From an uncultured Deferribacteres bacterium (lineage in GTDB: Bacteria; Zhuqueibacterota; Zhuqueibacteria; Zhuqueibacterales; Geothermadaptataceae), in contig CAXHAT010000007.1 in NCBI GenBank assembly GCA_964014485.1, positions 11,928-75,927 on the forward strand: a DNA stretch of 64,000 bases. The letters are read 5' to 3'. Shown here one piece after another: positions 56,963-64,000 of this stretch (the stretch's first letter is position 1; every line of letters starts with the position of its first letter). Made by a program: the position numbers and the translations under genes. Under the pieces are notes generated by a model. That model did not search any database, was not told where the DNA came from, and saw only the letters and a list, made by a program, of their open reading frames with translations.

Positions 56963-56990
56963 TTAAGAATTTGCTTTGAACATTTTGGCG

Positions 56991-57070
56991 GGAGTGTTGG
57001 AAAATTGGAGCATTGGATTCACGGCTTGCTGGATTTATACTCCATCACTCCATCACTCCATCACTCCAGA
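56991..57070. repeat. Inverted pair of octamer tandem arrays
   Basis: GGAGTGTT GGAAAATT GGAGCATT GGATTCAC ... ACTCCATC x3 ACTCCAGA. Confidence 0.8.
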
Positions 57071-57093
57071 GTACGCCCTTCGCAACAATAAAT

Positions 57094-60000
57094 TTAATTC
57101 ATGTATGCAAGCACGTCCGTAACTTCGCGATGCAGCTCACGATCGCCGATATTTTTAGCGATTTTGAGCGCGGCTTCATAATTCTGTCGTGCGCGAGACA
57201 TGTCGCGCTGATTCAAATAGACCGACCCGATTTTCGCGTAAGCCCTGCCGGTTCCGGGGCGGTCGCCGCTTTTCTGGCGCAGTTGGAGCAAATTGTTAAA
57301 ATACTCCAAAGCCGTTCCATTTCTTCCAGCGGAAAGATAAATATCCCCGATCCGAACGATGGCTTCGTAGAGCAAATCGTTCCTGTTTTCATCTCTGAGA
57401 TTTTGTAATGTGCGTTTAAAATACGTCGAAGCTGTTGTGTTGTCGCCTGAGCTTAGGTACAAATTGCCGGTGTTCAGCAGCGTCTCGGTCAGACCTTCGG
57501 TATCCCCGATAATTTTCAGCGTCCGCGCCGCTTGTTGAAATTGTTTCAGCGCTTCTTTCTGGTCGCCGAGCTGCTGCAGGCTTCGGCCTAGCCCATTGCG
57601 CGCGTTTGCTTTGCCGCGCTCGTCGCCGCTCGCCTGGGCGATTGCCAGCGCTTTTTGGAAAGCGCCGTGTCCGGCCGTCGTACGATTTTTACTAATGTAA
57701 ATATCGCCAATCGTGACGTGCAACTCTGATTCTTTGGCTCGGTTCAGCAGGTTTTTGTTGACCAACAAGGCGTCTTCATAAAGAGCCAACGCTTCGTCTT
57801 CAGCGCCCTGCTTAACTTTGAGATCGCCAAGGCGCTCGATAATTTCAGCTTCGCGCTCACGATCGTTCACATCGCGCACCACGCTCAACGCTTCATCGTA
57901 AACAATGTTCGCCCGGTCGTAATCGGCCATTCTTTCAGCCAATTCGGCCATACGCAACATGGCGTCGCCTTCGCGCTCACGAGCGTCCAAAGCATTGTAA
58001 AGGTCTAACGCTTTGTCGTAGTGCTGCTGGGAGCGATTGTAGTTGTTGACCTGGCGTGCAACGTCACCCAATTGGAGGTAGACCTCCGCTTGCAGGAAAT
58101 CATCGTCATTGTCTTTGGCAACGTTGAGCGCTTCATCCAGGGCCGAGCCCGCCGCTTCAGGTTGGCCGTTTTTACGGTACAGCTCCGCAAGCTCAACCTG
58201 CGTTTCTGCGTAGGGCAGAAGGTCTTCGCTGTTTCGCTGCAAGTCGAGCGCGTATTGGTAGAATGAAATCGCCTTGTTTTCTTCCGCGAGTGTTTGGTGC
58301 AGATCAGCCAAATTTAAATAAGAAGCCGCCTGCCCTCGTGAATCGCCGATCGCGCCTCGAACCTTGAGCGCCTGGCGATAACTCTGATCAGCCAGACGAT
58401 AATCTTTTTCCGAAACGTGAATGTCGCCGAGTTTGTCGAGCAGGATCGCCGCCATTTGTTTATCGCCGGTGGCTTGCAAGCCTTCAAACGCCTGCTTTAG
58501 GTAGGCCAGCGCTTTTTGATTTTGCCTGGTTTTGATGTAAACTTCCGCAATTTTGCCGAGAATTCTTGCTTCGCCGTCTTTGTCTTCTAGGCCGCGAGCC
58601 AAGCCTAAAGCTTGTTCATAATAAGGAATCGCTTCGTCTTCCTTGATCGTGTCCAGATAAGCGTCGCCCATTTGCGTGAGCGTGGTCGCCTGGCCTGCGT
58701 TGTTTTCCAGCGATTGATAGATGACCAGAGCGTCATCGAAAAACTCGAACGCCTTTGCCGTCTCTCCAGCGGTGACGTAAACCTGTCCGATTTTCACCAA
58801 TGTTTTGGCTTCTTCCGGTCGGTCGCCCGTCTTTTTCATTAGTTGCAGCGCTTCTTGAAAATAGCCAAGCGCCTGAACGTCGTCTCCAGCGTCGAGATAA
58901 ACCGTGCCGAAATTTATTAATGTTTGCCCTTCGGCGGGTTGGTCGAAGAGTTCGCGATTGATTTCCAGCGCTTGATCCAGCGAAGCGACGGCGTTTTTCA
59001 TGCCGCCGATACGTCCGTGAAGAACGCCCAGGCGATTGAGAACGCTGGCTTCTCCAGGTCTATCATAGATGGATCGATTGATTTTCAGGGCGTTGTTCAA
59101 ATGCGGCAGAGCGCGCTTGTCTTCGCCGAGATGATAATAAACCGCGGCTAAATCTTCATGACCGCGCGCCAAGCCTTCACGGTCGCCCATGCGCTTATAG
59201 GCGGCGAAAGCCTGTTGAAAATGCGTGACCGCCTTTCGATATTCTCCGGTTTCCAGATAAATTGCGCCAATGCCTGAGCGAGAATTGAGCTGGCCTTTTG
59301 AGTCGCCCATGCCGGTTTGCAACTTGAGCGCATTTCCATAAAATCTTAGGGCGGAGGTAAAATCGCGTTCCTCGGTAAAAATTTCTCCAATCTCGGTCAA
59401 GATTGTGGCGGCGCCAATGTTATCGCCAATTTCCTTCGAAATCTTGAGCCCTTCGCCATAGGTTTCAAGGGCGTCGTCGCGCCTTCCTTTTTCATATTCA
59501 ACCCCTGCAATCCCCGTCATAATCTTGACTTCGGAAGCTCTGTCGCCGACCTCGCGTTTCAGGCCGATTGCTTCGTTGAAATATTCGAGCGCCCTTTCGT
59601 TGTCGCCTTTGTCCTGATAAACAAGGGCGATGTTGTAAGTCGCGGTTCCGGCCGCTGAAAGATCGCCGAATTTGGTAAAAGCGCGCAGAGCTTCGTCGAA
59701 ATGTTTCAGCGCCTCGTCCGGCGCGCCGGTTGCTCGGTGAAATTCGCCGATGTGATTTTCTAACGCGCCAATGCCGCCTCTGTCACCGTATTCACGCACG
59801 TCGGAGAGGGCTTTTTCAAAGGTCAACAGCGCGGCTTCGAGATTCCCCATGTTTTTGTACACTTCGCCCAGAGAAAGCAACGTCGCCGCGTCGAGATTGA
59901 GCGGCTGGCGGTCTTTGACCAGCAATAGTGCGTTTCGAAAATACTGTTTCGCGCTCGATTCTTCGCCGATATGTGCGTAGAGCTGTCCGACGCTGCTCAG

Positions 60001-61488
60001 AAGGTCAAGCGTCTCTTTAAAATTGTCGCTTTGACGAGAAACTTGCAGCGCTTGCTTGAGCGCGGCCAGGGCATTGTTGTAATCCCCGACGGTATTGTAA
60101 ACCTCGCCAATCGTCCGCAGCGCTTGACGCAACTGCTCACGGTCATTAATTTCCCTTGAAGTAGTGACCGCAGTGCGCAAATGCTTGAGTGCGTCGCGAT
60201 AGGCGCTGGTGCGGAAATACGATTTCCCCAAATTCGTTTCAGTGCGGGCGATTTCTTTTTTGTTGCCGATGCGTTTGTGAATTTCGAGGGCATTGTCAAA
60301 AGCGGTGAGTGCATCGGTGAATTCGCTCATCGCGAGGTGAAGCTCGCCAATATCATTGTAAGTCCGACCTTCTTCCGTTCGAACATAACCTGCCTTAAAA
60401 TTTTCCAATGCTTCCTGGTAGTAATCCAAAGCGCGAGAATAGTTGCCGTTGTCGCGATAGATTTCGGCATAGTTGTGAAGAACCTTGCCGATCCCAGGAT
60501 GGTACTTGACTGGCTTGAGGACGTTCAAAGCCTGTCGGTAGTGCGTGATCGCGCCGCGTTCATTATTTTCAAGCCAGGTCAATTTACCCAGATTGTTGAG
60601 GACAAGCCCTTCGCCCTCGCGTTCGCCTGCATCAACGACAATTTCTTGCGCGCGCTGATAAAACTGTCTGGCTTCAGGATACTTGCCCTGGTCTTGGTGC
60701 AATTCTCCGATGTTCTTGAGCACCCAGCCTTTCCAACGTTCATTTTCCGTTTTTTCGAGCAGTTTATACGCGCGATTAAAGAAAGGCAGCGCTTGGTCAA
60801 ATCGTTTTGTCTCGCGATGTATTTGCGCGACGTTGTTCAGCTTTAGCGCAATATCGCTCGGACGGTTCAATTCCTCCGCGACGACCAGCGCTTTTTGGGC
60901 GAAATTCAGCGCTTTGTCATACTCAGCGGCATTTTTGTAAATCAATCCGATGATGCTCAGCGTTGCTTCTTCGCCTTCCTTGTCATCGGTTTTTTGCATG
61001 ATTTTAAGCGCCGCCGCGTAAGCCGGCAACGTTTTGTCCGGCTCGCCTTTTTCCTGATAGACGTCTGCCAGCATAATGAGCGTTTTGCTCATATCGTCAG
61101 GCTGCTGCAGGTACAAGAACAACTCAAAAGCTTTTGACAGGCTTTCTTCGGCTATTGTCAAATTGCGCATCTTTAGTGCGTTGGCGCCCTGATTATGCAG
61201 GTATGCGGCGATGACGATCGCGCGCTCCGGATGCGTTCGTACGAGCTCAACGCGCCGTTTTCGGTCGCCGTTGTCGAGCGCTTTTGTGTATTCTTCGATG
61301 AACTTTTCGCCGGAAATGGTCGCCCTTTTTCCCGATCTGAGACTATCTGGCGAGAGGGTGATGACAGTCTCTTTGTCTTTTTTTACCCCATTGGTTTTGG
61401 CGTCGCCGTTTTCTTGTGCAAAGCCGGCTGCGAGGAAGGGAACATGCAGCAAAAAGATGAATAAAGAACCTGTAAATCTGCGGTACAT
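57094..61488 (-). CDS. Giant secreted TPR-repeat protein
   Basis: Signal peptide after MYRRF, then a continuous 40-aa periodic pattern (A..L..IG..Y...G...AL..Y..AL) to the C-terminus. An alternative start exists at 61530. Confidence 0.9.
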   Translation of the reverse strand: MYRRFTGSLFIFLLHVPFLAAGFAQENGDAKTNGVKKDKETVITLSPDSLRSGKRATISGEKFIEEYTKALDNGDRKRRVELVRTHPERAIVIAAYLHNQGANALKMRNLTIAEESLSKAFELFLYLQQPDDMSKTLIMLADVYQEKGEPDKTLPAYAAALKIMQKTDDKEGEEATLSIIGLIYKNAAEYDKALNFAQKALVVAEELNRPSDIALKLNNVAQIHRETKRFDQALPFFNRAYKLLEKTENERWKGWVLKNIGELHQDQGKYPEARQFYQRAQEIVVDAGEREGEGLVLNNLGKLTWLENNERGAITHYRQALNVLKPVKYHPGIGKVLHNYAEIYRDNGNYSRALDYYQEALENFKAGYVRTEEGRTYNDIGELHLAMSEFTDALTAFDNALEIHKRIGNKKEIARTETNLGKSYFRTSAYRDALKHLRTAVTTSREINDREQLRQALRTIGEVYNTVGDYNNALAALKQALQVSRQSDNFKETLDLLSSVGQLYAHIGEESSAKQYFRNALLLVKDRQPLNLDAATLLSLGEVYKNMGNLEAALLTFEKALSDVREYGDRGGIGALENHIGEFHRATGAPDEALKHFDEALRAFTKFGDLSAAGTATYNIALVYQDKGDNERALEYFNEAIGLKREVGDRASEVKIMTGIAGVEYEKGRRDDALETYGEGLKISKEIGDNIGAATILTEIGEIFTEERDFTSALRFYGNALKLQTGMGDSKGQLNSRSGIGAIYLETGEYRKAVTHFQQAFAAYKRMGDREGLARGHEDLAAVYYHLGEDKRALPHLNNALKINRSIYDRPGEASVLNRLGVLHGRIGGMKNAVASLDQALEINRELFDQPAEGQTLINFGTVYLDAGDDVQALGYFQEALQLMKKTGDRPEEAKTLVKIGQVYVTAGETAKAFEFFDDALVIYQSLENNAGQATTLTQMGDAYLDTIKEDEAIPYYEQALGLARGLEDKDGEARILGKIAEVYIKTRQNQKALAYLKQAFEGLQATGDKQMAAILLDKLGDIHVSEKDYRLADQSYRQALKVRGAIGDSRGQAASYLNLADLHQTLAEENKAISFYQYALDLQRNSEDLLPYAETQVELAELYRKNGQPEAAGSALDEALNVAKDNDDDFLQAEVYLQLGDVARQVNNYNRSQQHYDKALDLYNALDAREREGDAMLRMAELAERMADYDRANIVYDEALSVVRDVNDREREAEIIERLGDLKVKQGAEDEALALYEDALLVNKNLLNRAKESELHVTIGDIYISKNRTTAGHGAFQKALAIAQASGDERGKANARNGLGRSLQQLGDQKEALKQFQQAARTLKIIGDTEGLTETLLNTGNLYLSSGDNTTASTYFKRTLQNLRDENRNDLLYEAIVRIGDIYLSAGRNGTALEYFNNLLQLRQKSGDRPGTGRAYAKIGSVYLNQRDMSRARQNYEAALKIAKNIGDRELHREVTDVLAYMN

Positions 61489-61670
61489 CCTTATACTTTC
61501 TCCATCGATGACGGGTGGCGTCTGTTTCAAAATGTCTAATCGTTACCCGACACGTGTGTCGCGAGATGTAAGTATATACGCCCCAAAGCCGCGTTCAGCG
61601 AAGCATTAAGCTGTGAAAAATATACTGTTTGAAATAAAAGGCCGGTTCTTTATATTCGCGGGTTATTTTT

Positions 61671-62318
61671 ATGAAGAAAATTATAGACATAAAGAGCGCT
61701 TTTTCAGCGGAAAACGTTGCCGCCGTCGCCCGAATTCTGCGCGCCAACGGGCTGGCCGTTTTACCGACGGACACATTGTACGCCGTCGCAGCGGATTCGT
61801 TTTCTCAGACTGCGGTGGATCGAATTTATAAAGTGAAAAACCGTGAGAGAACGGCGCCGCTGCCGTTGATGGCTGCCAGTCTTGCGCAAGTTGAGCAATT
61901 TCTGGTCGTCTCGGACGCCGCAAAAAAGCTGGCGGAGCAATTCTGGCCGGGGCCGCTCACAATGGTTCTGCAAACGAAGGGAAAACTGCCTGGCCATATT
62001 ACCGCACAAGACGGAACAGTTGCGATAAGAACGCCCAACCATGCGTTTTGCCGCGCCGTTGCGGAATCGCTGGGACGGCCAATTACCGCAACGAGCGTAA
62101 ATTTTAGCGGAGAAAAACCGGCGTCAATCATTTCAGAAATTTCGCCGCAATTTCTTGAAGAGATCGATCTAATCGTCGATCAGGGTGAGAGCAAAAGCGC
62201 AGCGCCGTCCACAATCATTCGTTTAATTGACGGAAAAACAGAAATTCTGCGCGACGGCTGCTTGAATCGGGAAGAAATTTTGAGGAGCTTGGAAAGTGAG
62301 AAGGGGAGAAATGAGTAA
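61671..62318 (+). CDS. tsaC: L-threonylcarbamoyladenylate synthase (YrdC/Sua5/YwlC)
   Basis: PTDTLYA, IYKVKNR, FWPGPLT, TATSVNFSG and PSTII. Confidence 0.9.
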   Translation: MKKIIDIKSAFSAENVAAVARILRANGLAVLPTDTLYAVAADSFSQTAVDRIYKVKNRERTAPLPLMAASLAQVEQFLVVSDAAKKLAEQFWPGPLTMVLQTKGKLPGHITAQDGTVAIRTPNHAFCRAVAESLGRPITATSVNFSGEKPASIISEISPQFLEEIDLIVDQGESKSAAPSTIIRLIDGKTEILRDGCLNREEILRSLESEKGRNE

Positions 62319-62802
62319 TTATCAGGTTTTGTTTGTTTGCAGCGGCAACACCTGCCGCAGCCCAATGGCGGCCGGCATGTTAAAAGCAAAGCTGCCGCCG
62401 CATCTGCTCGATGAAGTTGCGGTGGAATCCGCAGGAATACTCGGCATCGTTGGGCAACGCGCTACGCCTAACGCCAGGGCTGTCGCCGTAGAGAAGGACG
62501 GCAACATCGAAAAGCATATTTCTCAAGGCGTGAGTGCAAGACTCGTCTCGAACTCAAATATCATTTTTTGCATGGCGCAGGAACATGTCGATTTTTTGTT
62601 GGGCAAATTCCCCGGCTACCGTGAAAATATCTTTCTCCTGCGCAATTTTTCAGCAAAAGAAAAGCTGCCCGACCCGGATATTTTCGATCCGATTGGGAGC
62701 AGCATCCGCGTCTATCGCCAATGCGGCGACATTATTGAAGAAGAGTTGAATCGCATTTTGCCGTGGCTGGTCGAACTTATTGAAGACAACGGCAAGACCT
62801 GA
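62311..62802 (+). CDS. Low-molecular-weight protein phosphatase, YwlE-like (arginine phosphatase)
   Basis: P-loop FVCSGNTCRSPMA with Thr, and DIFDPIG; overlaps the tsaC/ywlC stop. Confidence 0.8.
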   Translation: MSNYQVLFVCSGNTCRSPMAAGMLKAKLPPHLLDEVAVESAGILGIVGQRATPNARAVAVEKDGNIEKHISQGVSARLVSNSNIIFCMAQEHVDFLLGKFPGYRENIFLLRNFSAKEKLPDPDIFDPIGSSIRVYRQCGDIIEEELNRILPWLVELIEDNGKT

Positions 62803-63332
62803 ATACAAATTTTTTCTACTTTATAGTTCGAAGGCGCGCCCTGGAGCCACAATGAGTCAGGGCGCGATCTTGACCAGCTCTCTCTTCTAACCTCCTCCAC
62901 TCATCACTTCCGCGTAGCTCCAACGGCTTAAATATCGCCCCCGTCTCCTCATCAGTGCAGTTGATTGTTGTAGAATTTTGCAATTCACCTCAATTGGCGG
63001 GACAAAGAGGATGCATTGCAAAAGAAGCAAGATTCACCAGAGAATATTACCGTTCCCAAATTCGATAACGGTTATTGGAGCGCCATTGAGTTCAAAGGCT
63101 TTGCCCAAAAAACGAATGTACAGGAAGTAGGGCAAGTTTCGAAGCGTTCAATTGCAAAAGCCATTTAAAATTTTTTACGAACGGGTCAAACTGACCGTCT
63201 TCAAAAAACAAAACCAGTTGCATACTGTCGTTTAAATCGATGACGCCAGGCGATGAAACAGTCCGTTTTGAGATTTGATGAACCTGTTCCGACAAAATGG
63301 GTCATCCAGATGATGGAAACCAGGAGGCGTAA

Positions 63333-63947
63333 ATGAGAAAAATTTTTCTGTTCTGTTTTTTGATTCCCGGTTTGGTTTTACAGGTCGGTTGTGAAACGCC
63401 TTCAACGGACAGGGAAGAATCAGGAAGCCCGCAAAACCAGCCCGGCTCTTTTTTTAACGATTTTGATCCGAGCGATACATCCATGTTTGGCAAAGTGAAT
63501 CCGGCCGCACCAAAACAGACGGAACAGTTCGATTTCATGGTCGGAACATTTGTTTGCCAGGACTCACTTCTGGTCAATGGCGCCTGGAAAGTTTCAAACG
63601 CTATTTGGGAAGCCAGGTATACGCTGAATGGATTTGCGGTGGAAGACGTCTATCGAAACGACAATTATGCCGGGATGAGTATTCGCTTTTTCAATACCCG
63701 GAAACAAAAATGGGATGTGTATTTTTTCGGGATGCCGGGCGAGCATACCGGCCTTTGGGAAGGAACACATACTGAAGGCAAGATGGTAATGAAGCAAAAA
63801 AGAAAGGGGCCCAACGGTGAGAATCTGGAGAGCCGGCTTACCTTTTACAATATTACGGAACAAGGTTTTGATTGGATGGGGGAGCTGAGAAATCTGGACA
63901 ACAACTCCACGACAATAAATTGGAAAATTAAAGCCAAGAGGCGATGA
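63333..63947 (+). CDS. Hypothetical lipoprotein (predicted beta-rich)
   Basis: RBS AGGAGG, lipobox QVGC and QFDFMVGTF. Confidence 0.75.
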   Translation: MRKIFLFCFLIPGLVLQVGCETPSTDREESGSPQNQPGSFFNDFDPSDTSMFGKVNPAAPKQTEQFDFMVGTFVCQDSLLVNGAWKVSNAIWEARYTLNGFAVEDVYRNDNYAGMSIRFFNTRKQKWDVYFFGMPGEHTGLWEGTHTEGKMVMKQKRKGPNGENLESRLTFYNITEQGFDWMGELRNLDNNSTTINWKIKAKRR

Positions 63948-64000
63948 AAAAGACTGATCCCGATCGAAAAAACACCCTCAGACGATTTATTCGAGATTCG

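Noticed and set aside
62803..63332. 530-bp gap with short ORFs and a GCGCCCTG/CAGGGCGC hairpin
   Set aside because: No convincing ORF, RNA motif or match to the other repeats; it may be a gene remnant but I cannot support a call.
1..64000. tRNA, rRNA, prophage, integrase, transposase/RAYT or reverse transcriptase genes
   Set aside because: No ORF or intergenic segment shows the relevant motifs on inspection.

Overview
Chromosomal window from a diderm bacterium (Lol, Mla, OmpA, lipoproteins). GWxTD, DUF5916 and VPS10-type proteins suggest an FCB-associated lineage such as KSB1 or Calditrichota; this is inference only. Housekeeping genes include polA, lspA, clpC-mcsB-mcsA, lolD-lolC/E, lysS, alr and tsaC/ywlC with a ywlE-like phosphatase. 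They are interleaved with secreted hydrolases, two-component systems, a degenerate RelB-YoeB toxin-antitoxin pair and a giant TPR protein. I found no rRNA, tRNA, CRISPR array, transposase or phage genes. The strongest unexplained signal is non-coding: most larger intergenic gaps hold 120-450 bp composite elements in which IS-like terminal inverted repeats (at least 5 shell types, some with clear target-site duplications) enclose REP-type palindromes or REP doublets (at least 6 cargo types). Shells and cargos are mixed combinatorially and nest inside each other. Other notable items: an Rsb-type partner-switching module joined to mlaE, a complete protein-arginine phosphorylation set in a diderm, an OLD-family ATPase lacking its nuclease domain, a readable OmpR-type operator shared by two promoters, and three inverted octamer-repeat cassettes. 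All product calls come from motif recognition by eye, not database searches.
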